DNA from: a candidate division WOR-3 bacterium
GTDB taxonomy: Bacteria > Hydrothermota > Tepidihabitantia > Tepidihabitantales > CAIPLT01
Direction of reading: 5' to 3'
Length of the DNA stretch: 59,379 nucleotides
Assembly (NCBI GenBank): GCA_026418155.1
Contig: JAOABV010000005.1
Span: 1 to 59,379 of the forward strand
Shown here: positions 9,680 to 19,220 of the stretch, one piece after another
Position numbering within the stretch: the first letter of the stretch is position 1
How the letters are laid out: the number at the start of each line of letters is the position of its first letter
Translations under genes and position numbers: made by a program
Notes under the pieces: generated by a model
What the model was told of the DNA's origin: nothing
What the model saw: only the letters and a program-made list of their open reading frames with translations
Databases searched by the model: none

Positions 9680-10088
9680 TGGAGAGTTAATTCGAAAATT
9701 AAGTTTCTAAACTAAAGTCAGATTGAAGCATAAGATTAGTCAAATAACAAATTTATTAAAAACATCAGATTGTATTGCCACCATCAAAAACTATTGCTTG
9801 CGACACGCGACCGTATTAGAGAATGCTCAGAAAAAAATAAGAAAAATATTCAATCAGTTCAATTTCTTCAATCGTAAGAATTGTCTTTTTCAGGCTTTTC
9901 GTTTTTAAGATTCCTGTGTTATTGTCTCTGCGGGATTGTTGGAATAAGGTCGGAAAAATTGAAAATAAAGTACTTTGCTTTGTGAGACATCTGTTTATAT
10001 TTTAGAGACTTTGTGAAAAAGGTGTATGGAGTTTAGAGAGACAATCTCTTTCAGTATAACAGACAAAAAATGGAAGGGGTGTATCGTA

Positions 10089-11438
10089 TTAGTCTTCGTA
10101 AGTAAGGTTGAGTTTATTCCAGAGCCATTTGACATCAAAATATGGTCTGCCTTGTTGTTTATTATATTCTTGCTGGTTTTCAAGTTGTTTTAGGAGTTCG
10201 ACAACTTCGATTTTACCTTTTTTCGTCTTTACGGACTGAAGAGGTGTTTTATTGTTGAGTGCGGGAATTGGTTGATGTAACCATTTTTCGTAATGTTCTC
10301 GCATTGCTTTGTTATACAATTCTTGTTCAATTTCTAACGGGATTTCGTTTTTCGGTTGGTATTTTGACATATCTTTAAGGGGTTTTAGTAATTCAATAGG
10401 TTCTTGAAATTCGTCCGATTGATGGCTGATGAAGTCACCAATTTTTTTGTTAAGTATTTCTTTGCCTTTATCTAATCGCTCTTTAGAATTAGTTTCAAAA
10501 ATCAACTTGTTACTTTGGATGGTGATTTTCCCAAAGATAACTTTTTCGCCATATTGGTTTAAGTCTTCCCAGATAAATTCCTCATCTTTAATGTTTTCAA
10601 ACTCAGTAATTGTTTTTAATCCGCTGAGCACTGCTGGGATGTCGCTAATGGTATATGTTGCTTTGGAAAATATCAGTGCTTCATTGGTTGTTGTTTGGAG
10701 AATTAATGGAGGCTGGTTGGCAATAGATGCGTACCAAATATCAATAAAAATGTGGCTATCTTTTTTGAGTAGTTCCTGCCAAGAACCATCTTTATTTTTT
10801 CTTAAATAATTTCGATAATATTTTTTAATATTTTTGACAATCAAACTCTTGTCCGTTATTGGGTATGGGTAATTACAACCACTGATGATATATTTCTTAT
10901 CAAGTGACAAAAGCCGAGTTGCGAAAATATTCCATTTTAGCATTGAGCGCGTGGCTAATTTTTCTTGGACTGTATATTCATTCTCTAAAAGAAGGTCTTT
11001 AAGTATCATTCCTTTTTCAGGAAATACTTCTTGAACTTCGTAAAGACTAATGTAGGTTTTCTTCATCATATCAAGGACTTTAAGATCTTCTGCAGTTAAT
11101 TTCGTTCCGCTTTCAATATATAAATCAATCAAAGTTTTTTTCGTTTTTGTATCAATTACCCAATCATAAACAACCCAATCCCAAAAATTTATATCAGCAA
11201 GTTGGAGAAACTCTGGAGTCATTTTTTCCGAAGTGGGCATTTGTTGGTGAAAAAAAAGCTTGGCTTTGTGGAGTTCAATATTATAATTGGCGTAGGCAAA
11301 TTTTAGAAGGTCTTGAACCAAGCGTCCTTTTACGAATTCTTCAAAACCAAATTCGGTATTGGTATTGACCAGACAGCACTTTTTGTATTTTTTACCACTA
11401 CCACAAGGACAAGGGTCGTTGCGACCAATCTGAGACAT
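10089..11438 (-). CDS. SEC-C motif domain protein (449 aa), function unknown
   Basis: N-terminal RNDPCPCGSGKKYKKCC zinc motif followed by a long uncharacterised body. The C-terminal helical segment reads ...IPALNNKTPLQSVKTKKGKIEVVELLKQLEN. Confidence 0.75.
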   Translation of the reverse strand: MSQIGRNDPCPCGSGKKYKKCCLVNTNTEFGFEEFVKGRLVQDLLKFAYANYNIELHKAKLFFHQQMPTSEKMTPEFLQLADINFWDWVVYDWVIDTKTKKTLIDLYIESGTKLTAEDLKVLDMMKKTYISLYEVQEVFPEKGMILKDLLLENEYTVQEKLATRSMLKWNIFATRLLSLDKKYIISGCNYPYPITDKSLIVKNIKKYYRNYLRKNKDGSWQELLKKDSHIFIDIWYASIANQPPLILQTTTNEALIFSKATYTISDIPAVLSGLKTITEFENIKDEEFIWEDLNQYGEKVIFGKITIQSNKLIFETNSKERLDKGKEILNKKIGDFISHQSDEFQEPIELLKPLKDMSKYQPKNEIPLEIEQELYNKAMREHYEKWLHQPIPALNNKTPLQSVKTKKGKIEVVELLKQLENQQEYNKQQGRPYFDVKWLWNKLNLTYED

Positions 11439-11734
11439 ACGATGCTTCCTTACATTATTATTTATATAATTTAATATTTATTTAATAAAAAAGTCTAATA
11501 ATGGAATGGCTCAATAAAATAAAGTCTAATAAAGATATTAACACAATAAAAAGATAACTTATTTAAGATTAAAAGTCAATTAATTTTTTTCTTTAATACA
11601 ACAACTTTAGAAGAAACAAAATTATTCGTTAATCTGGTATTAAGTGCAAAGAGAAATCCGCATCAAACTTTTTCCCTGAGCTTTTAGTTAATTTTTTGAA
11701 GTGCAGTTAGCAGATTAGAAAGACTTCCGAATTA

Positions 11735-11763
11735 TTGACAACTGGAAAAATATCAAGTAAAAT
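11735..11763 (+). promoter_or_regulatory. Sigma70-type promoter upstream of the sugar dehydrogenase gene
   Basis: TTGACA (11735-11740), a 17-nt spacer and TAAAAT (11758-11763). Confidence 0.5.
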
Positions 11764-11834
11764 TAAATTTTGTTATCTTATGTTAAAATTTGGTGTTGAA
11801 AATAGTCTAAAATTAAATTTGTCAGGAGGCTTTA

Positions 11835-13148
11835 ATGGCTTTACAAAATAAGATTATCAACCGAAGTGCTAAAGTTGGGATTGTTGGAATGGGTTATGTT
11901 GGATTACCTTTAGCCGTAGAAATTGCCAAAGCCGGTTATAAAGTTTTTGGCATTGATACTGATAAAAACAAGGTCCGATTAATTAATTTAGGAAAAAGTT
12001 ATGTTGAGGATGTTGCGGATAATGAATTATCGCCTTTAGTCTTAGATAAAAAGATTTGCGCTTATGATAACTATCGGGTTTGTAAAGATTGCGATATCAT
12101 TAATATCTGCGTGCCGACACCATTTACAAAATCGAAGGACCCAGATGTCTCATATATTATCGATGCCGGCAAGGAAATTGCTCAATACTTAAAATCTGAG
12201 CAACTAATTGTGCTACGCAGTACAACTTATCCGGAAACAACGGAAAAAGTGCTTTTACCGATTTTAGAGAAGACCGGCTTAAAAGTCGGCAAGGATTTCT
12301 ATCTTTCGTTTGCTCCGGAACGCATTGACCCTGGTAATAAGACCTTTACGACTAAAACAACCCCGGTGGTAGTAGGTGGGGTTACCAAAACTTGTACCAA
12401 GTTAACCGAACTCTTTTATAGCCAGTTTGTCGATAAGGTCGTGACGGTTTCAAATCCGCGGGTTGCAGAAATGTCAAAACTTTTAGAAAATATTTTCCGA
12501 AGTGTTAATATTGCGTTAGTTAATGAATTGGCTTTGATGTGCGAGCGAATGGGCAATATTGATGTTTGGGAAGTGATTGAAGCCGCGAAAAGCAAACCAT
12601 TCGGTTTTATGCCATTTTATCCCGGACCAGGTATTGGTGGCCATTGTATTCTTATTGACCCTTATTATCTGGCTTGGAAGGCACGCGAATATGATTTTCA
12701 TTCTAATTTTATTGAATTAGCCGCACAAGTAAATGAAAATATGCCTTTTAAGGTGGTTGACCGATTATTTGAGGTTTTAGGCGAAAACTGCATCTGTTCC
12801 AAAAATGCTTCGCTCTTTATTATTGGTGCAGCATTTAAGAAGAATGTCGGTGATACCCGTCATTCTCCGGCAATAAAAGTAATGGAACTCTTAACTGATA
12901 AAGTTAAAAAAATTGTCTATAATGACCCGTATGTGCCTATGTTAAAAATCAATCATAAAGTCTATAAGTCGGTCGAACTTACCGCCGAAAACTTAAAACG
13001 AGCCGATTGTGTATTGATTCTTACTGACCATAGTTGTTATGATGCGAATTTTATCCTCAAAAATAGCCGACTTATCTTAGATGCCAGGAACCTTATTAAA
13101 GTTCGGGGCTACAAAAAGGTCTATACCTTGGGACTGAAAATTGTTTAA
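11835..13148 (+). CDS. Nucleotide-sugar dehydrogenase (UDP-glucose/GDP-mannose dehydrogenase family, UDP-N-acetyl-hexosamine dehydrogenase-like)
   Basis: Rossmann motif VGIVGMGYVGLP and catalytic Cys motif GPGIGGHCILID. GGAGG lies upstream of the ATG. Confidence 0.85.
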   Translation: MALQNKIINRSAKVGIVGMGYVGLPLAVEIAKAGYKVFGIDTDKNKVRLINLGKSYVEDVADNELSPLVLDKKICAYDNYRVCKDCDIINICVPTPFTKSKDPDVSYIIDAGKEIAQYLKSEQLIVLRSTTYPETTEKVLLPILEKTGLKVGKDFYLSFAPERIDPGNKTFTTKTTPVVVGGVTKTCTKLTELFYSQFVDKVVTVSNPRVAEMSKLLENIFRSVNIALVNELALMCERMGNIDVWEVIEAAKSKPFGFMPFYPGPGIGGHCILIDPYYLAWKAREYDFHSNFIELAAQVNENMPFKVVDRLFEVLGENCICSKNASLFIIGAAFKKNVGDTRHSPAIKVMELLTDKVKKIVYNDPYVPMLKINHKVYKSVELTAENLKRADCVLILTDHSCYDANFILKNSRLILDARNLIKVRGYKKVYTLGLKIV

Positions 13149-13182
13149 TACTACTTTCTGATAATCAGTAACTTAGATTGTT

Positions 13183-16059
13183 ATGCCGCGAGTATGGGAA
13201 ATTGCGATTCAGAAAAAAGGCTTTAATCCGGAAGTCGAAACTTTAAAGAAAAGTATCCAAGATCTCGGCATTAAAGAAATAAAAGACTTAAGCATAATTT
13301 ATCTTTACTATTTATTTACTGATTTACCTTTGAAGGTTATAAAAAAAATTACCCGTGATTTTATTTGCGATACGGTTTCGGAGCGATTTACAGTTAAGGA
13401 GTTGTCAATTCGGTCTAATAAAAATTTGCGTCATACGATTGAAGTCGTATATAAACCTGGAGTAATGGACCCGGTAGCAGAAAATGTGATGGTCGGCTTA
13501 AAAGATTTGGGTTACCAAGATTGTCTTATCCGAACCAGCCAACGCTATGTCTTTCCCCCAAATCTTTCGGTAAACACTATCAAAAAAATTACGGAAAATT
13601 TGCTGTATAATCCTTTGGTGCAAGAGATTGTCAAGGATAGTGCCCAAATACTTGAGATTGGATATAGGCAAGGAGTTAAATCGGAATTTGCTGTTCAATA
13701 TGTTGAGATTCTTAATAAGACTAAGGCACAATTAAGAAAAATTTCTCGAGAACGGTTATTGGCATTAAATGACCAGGAGATGCTTACGATTCAAAGCTAT
13801 TATCGGAAACTGGGGCGAAATCCGACAGATGTTGAACTGGAGACATTTGCCCAAACCTGGTCCGAACATTGTAAGCATAAAACATTTTCGGCTCGGATTA
13901 TCTTTGATGATGGTAAACAAACTCAAATTATTAATGGTCTACTTAAATCGTATATCAAAAAAGTTACACAGAAACTGAATAAAAAGTGGTGTCTTTCAGT
14001 TTTTGAAGACAATTCAGGGGTAATTGAATTTGATAAACAGTATGGGATTTCTTTTAAGGTTGAGACGCATAATCATCCTTCAGCATTAGAACCTTATGGT
14101 GGTGCGGCAACAGGAATCGGTGGTGTGATTCGCGACTGTTTAGGTACTGGATTAGGCGCAAAACCGATCTTAAATACCGATGTTTTCTGCTTCGCTCCGC
14201 CAGATTTACCTCTTCAGAAAATTCCTGCTGGTGTTTTATCACCCAAAAGAATCATTAAGGGTGTAGTTAAAGGCGTTCGTGACTACGGAAATCGAATGGG
14301 CATTCCGACTGCATCCGGTTGTGTCTGTTTTCACGAGGGATTTGTTTGTAATCCTTTAGTCTATTGTGGAACTGTCGGTTTAATTCCGAAAAATAAGATA
14401 AAAAAGAAAATCGTGCCCGAAGATTTAATTGTTCTTATCGGTGGTAGAACTGGACGTGATGGTATTCACGGTGTAACTTTTGCCTCATTAGAATTAGATA
14501 ATACCACTCAACAAATTTCCTCCAGTGTTGTACAAATTGGCAATCCAATCGAAGAAAAAAAGATTACGGATTTGCTAATCTCAGCCCGAGACCAATCACT
14601 TTTTAATGCGATTACTGATTGCGGCGGTGGTGGGCTCTCTTCAGCAATTGGTGAATTGGCTAAATCTGGCGCCGAAGTTGATTTAGAAAAGGTTCCCTTA
14701 AAATATGCGGGATTATCTTATACCGAGATTTGGATTTCGGAATCGCAGGAACGAATGATTCTCTTTGTGCCCAGTAAAAACTTGTCAAAACTTCTTGATT
14801 TGTGTAAATTATACCAAGTGGAAGCAAGTGTAATTGGCAGAGTAACTGATACTGGTAAATTACATTTGCGCTATTGGGGAAGAGAAGTTGGTAATATCGA
14901 TTTAAATTTCTTGCACCAAGGACTACCACAAAAGACAATGGTCGCTAAGTTTCACAAACCAACTGAAACTTCTTTAAAACCCGAGCAGTTTCTAATAAAG
15001 AGAAGTCAAGATTATAATAGAATCGTCTTAGAAATGCTCAGTGATTATAATGTTGCCAGTAAAGAATGGATTGTTCGTCAGTATGATTTAGAGGTTCAAG
15101 GAAATACAATAATCAAACCTTTTGTCGGAAAATACAATGAAGGTCCTTCTGATGCTTGTGTGCTTCAACCGCGAAAACAATCAAAAAAAGGTGTGGTGAT
15201 TGGTTGTGGCATCGCATCGCAATATCAAAATCAAGACCCGTATTGGACTGCGGCTACTGCGATCGATGAGGCAATACGAAATATTGTTGCAGTTGGCGGC
15301 GACCCGGATAAAACTGCGTTGTTGGATAATTTTTGCTGGGGCAATCCCGAACGACCAGAAATTTTAGCCGGATTAGTTCGAGCCTGCCAAGCCTGTTATG
15401 ATATAGCACGGATTTACGGCACACCATTTATTTCGGGTAAAGACAGTCTATACAACGAATATAAATCAAGCAGGGGCAAAACGATTTCCATTCCAGCAAC
15501 ATTATTGATTTCTGCAGTGAGCATTATTCCGGATATAAATAAGACTGTAACAATGGATTTCAAACAAGCAGATGATTTAATCTATCTGATAGGAAAGACT
15601 TATCCTGAGTTTAATAGTTCTAAAGTTAATCCTAAATTAGGTATTAAGATTTTTCGTGCTTTATATAAAGCCATTCAATCTGGTTTAGTTTCTGCCTGTC
15701 ATGACTTATCTGAAGGTGGATTAGCAATTGCACTTGCGGAAATGTGTTTGGCAGGTAATGTCGGTGCGGAAATCTTTTTGAAAAACCTTAAGGTCTTTTG
15801 CCCATCAATTGCCGACAAAGATAATATATGCCTTTTTTCCCAATCTAATACTCGTTTTATCTGTGCGGTTTCGTCTAAAAATCAAAGACGGTTTGAAAAA
15901 ATTATGGGAGAACTGCCACACACATTGATTGGTAAAACCAATTCAACCGATAGATTAAAAGTATACGGCTCAGATAATCTGCTGATTATTAACCTTAAAA
16001 TTCAAACTATGAAATATACCTGGCAAACTACATTAAGCAAAGCATTGATTAGTAATTAG
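13183..16059 (+). CDS. purL: Phosphoribosylformylglycinamidine synthase subunit PurL with an N-terminal PurS-like extension
   Basis: PurL motifs WSEHCKHKTF and VETHNHPSALEPYGGAATG. About 190 extra N-terminal residues include the PurS-like segment VVYKPGVMDPVAENVMVGLKDLGY. Confidence 0.88.
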   Translation: MPRVWEIAIQKKGFNPEVETLKKSIQDLGIKEIKDLSIIYLYYLFTDLPLKVIKKITRDFICDTVSERFTVKELSIRSNKNLRHTIEVVYKPGVMDPVAENVMVGLKDLGYQDCLIRTSQRYVFPPNLSVNTIKKITENLLYNPLVQEIVKDSAQILEIGYRQGVKSEFAVQYVEILNKTKAQLRKISRERLLALNDQEMLTIQSYYRKLGRNPTDVELETFAQTWSEHCKHKTFSARIIFDDGKQTQIINGLLKSYIKKVTQKLNKKWCLSVFEDNSGVIEFDKQYGISFKVETHNHPSALEPYGGAATGIGGVIRDCLGTGLGAKPILNTDVFCFAPPDLPLQKIPAGVLSPKRIIKGVVKGVRDYGNRMGIPTASGCVCFHEGFVCNPLVYCGTVGLIPKNKIKKKIVPEDLIVLIGGRTGRDGIHGVTFASLELDNTTQQISSSVVQIGNPIEEKKITDLLISARDQSLFNAITDCGGGGLSSAIGELAKSGAEVDLEKVPLKYAGLSYTEIWISESQERMILFVPSKNLSKLLDLCKLYQVEASVIGRVTDTGKLHLRYWGREVGNIDLNFLHQGLPQKTMVAKFHKPTETSLKPEQFLIKRSQDYNRIVLEMLSDYNVASKEWIVRQYDLEVQGNTIIKPFVGKYNEGPSDACVLQPRKQSKKGVVIGCGIASQYQNQDPYWTAATAIDEAIRNIVAVGGDPDKTALLDNFCWGNPERPEILAGLVRACQACYDIARIYGTPFISGKDSLYNEYKSSRGKTISIPATLLISAVSIIPDINKTVTMDFKQADDLIYLIGKTYPEFNSSKVNPKLGIKIFRALYKAIQSGLVSACHDLSEGGLAIALAEMCLAGNVGAEIFLKNLKVFCPSIADKDNICLFSQSNTRFICAVSSKNQRRFEKIMGELPHTLIGKTNSTDRLKVYGSDNLLIINLKIQTMKYTWQTTLSKALISN

Positions 16060-16077
16060 CCCTTATTAGAAAATAAG

Positions 16078-16410
16078 ATTAGTGCTATCTGAATGAAATT
16101 TTATATTTAAGATTTTTGTAGTATAGTTTTACTTATCTAAAAATACTATCCCAATGTTAAAGGAAAGTAAGGTATAGTGCTATTTGAGTTGAAATTTTAT
16201 ATTTAGGATTTTCGTCGTATAGTTCTATCTATCTCTATCTAAAAATAATAGACCAATCTTTAAGGAAAGTAATATTTAGTATTATTAAAGTTAAAATTTT
16301 ATATTTATGATCTTTGTAGTGTAGATTTACTTATCTAAAAATAATAGATTAATCTTAAAGGGAAGCATTATTTAGTACTATTTTGAGTTAAATTTTGGAG
16401 TTGTGAGATA
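16078..16410 (+). repeat. About 3.5 degenerate ~95-100-bp tandem repeats just downstream of the purL stop
   Basis: Units start near 16078, 16173, 16275 and 16371. All share ...agtgctat(c/t)tga...gaaattttatattta(a/g)gat...ctaaaaata.... The unit junction resembles the purL stop region (aagcattgattagtaattag). Confidence 0.8.
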
Positions 16411-16528
16411 TTTCCATTAGGAAAAAGTAATTTTGGGAAATAATTTTTTCAGTTTTATTGGAGTGAAGAGTAATGTTTCTTACAGAACCGAGAGTCTATT
16501 AGACAAATTTAAAAACACAAAATATTTT

Positions 16529-16837
16529 TTATTTGAGTCGAAACTTAATATCCGTAATTGCCTTTTCACCGATTTGGACGTTTAATTTGTTAATTATCTT
16601 TGATTTGAGAAATATTAATTCATTGCGCCAAATCGGATTTGAGACCAAGACTATTAAGGTCTTACCTTTAATTTTAATTGGTCGGGCATTTTTGGCAATT
16701 TGCTCACCAACTGCTTTAGGCCATAATGAGATTACCTGTTCTTGAACAAGTTTTGGGGTAAGTCCTAATTTGTCAAAGACTCTGGGTAATAAATCAGCCA
16801 GGGGTTTCAATTTTTTAGGTTTTATTTGCTTTGACAT
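16529..16837 (-). CDS. DUF721 (DciA-like) protein downstream of recF
   Basis: The pattern WPKAVGEQIAKNARPIKIKGKTLIVLVSNPIWRNEL, and the position after recF, are typical of the DUF721 family. Confidence 0.75.
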   Translation of the reverse strand: MSKQIKPKKLKPLADLLPRVFDKLGLTPKLVQEQVISLWPKAVGEQIAKNARPIKIKGKTLIVLVSNPIWRNELIFLKSKIINKLNVQIGEKAITDIKFRLK

Positions 16838-16992
16838 ACGGTAAATTGCCTAATAGTTCATTCTTTTGATTTTATTGGTTTCGACATAAAATAAATTTCT
16901 AAAGGGTTCATTTTGTTGCTTTTCTCTTTACATAAAATAAATCACCTAATTGTTTTAAGTTTCTTGATTTTGTTGGTTAGCCAAAGAATAAA
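16838..16992 (-). repeat. Three degenerate ~46-50-bp tandem copies of the DUF721 gene start, filling the recF-DUF721 spacer
   Basis: Minus-strand units read ...atttattttATGtcgaaaccaataaaatcaaaag... (ATG 16887) and ...gatttattttATGtaaagag... (ATG 16933), plus a third abutting the recF stop. The true start reads atttaccgtATGtcaaagcaaataaaacctaaaaaa. Confidence 0.75.
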
Positions 16993-18108
16993 TCACGCAA
17001 GGTCTTCAACTTTTTTGATTTCGCCATTGTCGATATAAAATATTTTTCCTGGTTTACTATGGTCAGTTTTGTCTTTGAGTTCTTTAGCCGAGGCATAAAA
17101 AAATTGACCTTGCTCGGCAATTAAGGCTAAAAGTTTTTTAGTGTTATTATAATCAAGTTCAGCTGCGACTTCATCTAACAGAAAGAGCGGTGTGCAATAA
17201 TTGGTCTTTAAGAATTCGGCTTCAGCCATTTTTAAGGAAAGTGCGGTAAGTCGCATTTCGCCCTCAGAGGCGAATTTTTTTATCGGTAAGTTGGATTCTT
17301 TTATGACAATATCATCGCGATGCGGACCAATCGTGGTATATCCTAATTCCTGTTCTTTTACTCGATTTGCGGCAAGCATCTTTTGGATTTCTTTTTGACG
17401 ATGCATTTGCTCAAGAATTGTTGTTTGATACTCAAAATTAATATTGCGGTTAGGTAAAAATGTTCTTAAAAATTTTTGTGCCGAATTGAGTAGTTGAGGC
17501 AAAACTTGCTCTCGCACTTTGAGAATCAAATCGGCATATTTAGCCAAAGCCGATTCCCAAACTTCATAATGCAGAGAGTTTGCTTGCTCTTGTAATAATT
17601 TATTGCGTTGGGCTAAAACTCGACGATATTCAATTAAATGCTGTAAATAAGATTTATTCACTTTAGATATGGCCAAATCTAAAAAATTTCGTCTGAGATG
17701 AGGTGAACCAGCAACCAAATCAATATCCGATAAAAGGATTGTTACTACTGGTAGCCAACCTAAATAGGAAGAAAGTTTATCTTGTTTATGATTTTGACGA
17801 TAAGCAACTTTTCCTTGAGGACTGAATCGGATTTCTGCGGAAAAAGTCGCAGAGGAGTCGAATTGTGGGTCTTCAGGGCTAAGTCGGGCTAATCCGAAAA
17901 TCTTAAAATATTCGGCATTAAACTTTAATATTTCGCTATCCCGATAAGTGCGAAAAGACCTTCCGACTGCCAGATAATGGATTGATTCTAAAAGCGAAGT
18001 CTTACCTGCGCCATTAGCACCAAAAAGATAATTTGCATAAGGGCTGAAAACAAGTTCAGCATCCTTGAGATTTCTTATACCTTCGAAGCGAATCTGTTCC
18101 AGATACAT
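16993..18108 (-). CDS. recF: DNA replication and repair protein RecF
   Basis: Walker A GANGAGKTS and an SMC-like RecF layout, including the C-terminal LLLDEV-type motif (FLLDEVAAELD). Confidence 0.93.
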   Translation of the reverse strand: MYLEQIRFEGIRNLKDAELVFSPYANYLFGANGAGKTSLLESIHYLAVGRSFRTYRDSEILKFNAEYFKIFGLARLSPEDPQFDSSATFSAEIRFSPQGKVAYRQNHKQDKLSSYLGWLPVVTILLSDIDLVAGSPHLRRNFLDLAISKVNKSYLQHLIEYRRVLAQRNKLLQEQANSLHYEVWESALAKYADLILKVREQVLPQLLNSAQKFLRTFLPNRNINFEYQTTILEQMHRQKEIQKMLAANRVKEQELGYTTIGPHRDDIVIKESNLPIKKFASEGEMRLTALSLKMAEAEFLKTNYCTPLFLLDEVAAELDYNNTKKLLALIAEQGQFFYASAKELKDKTDHSKPGKIFYIDNGEIKKVEDLA

Positions 18109-18234
18109 TAATATATTAAAGATTAAATATCAAAAAAATAAAAATATAAAAGAGTGGGCTACTATTTTCACAAGGTTTTGTGTCTTCATAAAATTTGTTA
18201 TATAATAATTCTTCTTATAGTATATTTCAGTTTA

Positions 18235-19182
18235 TTACTTCAGGGCTGATTTTAATATTTCTAATACTAACTCATCATAACTAATTCCAATATGTTTTGC
18301 TTGGGCTGGCAAATCCGAAAGTTCGGTCATTCCTGGTAGGGTATTGATTTCTAAAAAATAAGGTTTCCCTTTTGATACAATTAAATCGATGCGCGAATAA
18401 CCTTTTGCGCCAATAACTTTGTGACCCAACAAGGCTAAATTTTGAATTTTTCTGTAGAGTGGTTTGGGAATACGAGCAGGAATAATGAATTCTGTTTCAC
18501 CTTTAGTATATTTTGCTTTATAATCATAGAATCGCTGATACTTAGGCACAAGTTCTAATATCGGTAATGCCCTATCTCCTAAAATGCCAACTGTGGCAAT
18601 CATTCCGGAAATAAACTTTTCTAAGAATATATCGCCAAATTTTTTTACACCTTCAATGCATTCATTTAGTAGCATTTTGGGGTTATCGATTATTACACAG
18701 CCAACACTTGAGCCTTCGGCTCGTGGTTTTAATATCATTGGAAAACCTAATTTTTTCTGAGCAGTTCTAATCGCCTCTTTTATTGTTGTTTGATGCGAAG
18801 AAATTAGCCAATAAGGTGGTGTCGGAATGCCGGCATATTCCCAAAGTCTTTTGGTGGTTATCTTATCCATACCAATGGCTGATGCCAAAACTCCAGAACC
18901 AGTATAAGGAATTCCGGATAATTCTAAAAAGCCTTGAATTGTGCCGTCTTCACCCGGCTTGCCATGCAAAGCAATAAAAGCAAGGTCAATTTTTGCATCT
19001 GTAATCTGTTGGGCAAAATTATAGTTAATATCAATTTTAACCGCATTAAATCCTTGTCGTTTTAATGATTGGTAGATATTTTCTCCAGAACGCAAAGAGA
19101 TTTCCCGCTCACTTGACCAACCACCCATAATGACACCAATCCGCATCTTTTTCAATTTTCTTAAATCGTTTGCAGAAACCAT
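18235..19182 (-). CDS. ddl: D-alanine--D-alanine ligase
   Basis: IGVIMGGWSSEREISL N-terminus and an ATP-grasp body. The real start may be the internal Met at 19146. Confidence 0.9.
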   Translation of the reverse strand: MVSANDLRKLKKMRIGVIMGGWSSEREISLRSGENIYQSLKRQGFNAVKIDINYNFAQQITDAKIDLAFIALHGKPGEDGTIQGFLELSGIPYTGSGVLASAIGMDKITTKRLWEYAGIPTPPYWLISSHQTTIKEAIRTAQKKLGFPMILKPRAEGSSVGCVIIDNPKMLLNECIEGVKKFGDIFLEKFISGMIATVGILGDRALPILELVPKYQRFYDYKAKYTKGETEFIIPARIPKPLYRKIQNLALLGHKVIGAKGYSRIDLIVSKGKPYFLEINTLPGMTELSDLPAQAKHIGISYDELVLEILKSALK

Positions 19183-19220
19183 ATTGTTCTTTTTAGATTT
19201 TATTTAAGTGCGAATTAGAC

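Noticed and set aside
9723-10183. Small ORFs 9723-9908 and 9995-10183 between the SEC-C gene and the nuclease operon
   Set aside because: One overlaps the SEC-C gene end and neither has an RBS or motif. The only notable feature is a minus-strand fragment (about 9917-9985) encoding ...FNFSDLI..., which echoes the N-terminus of the 63-aa ORF and is probably another decayed duplicate.
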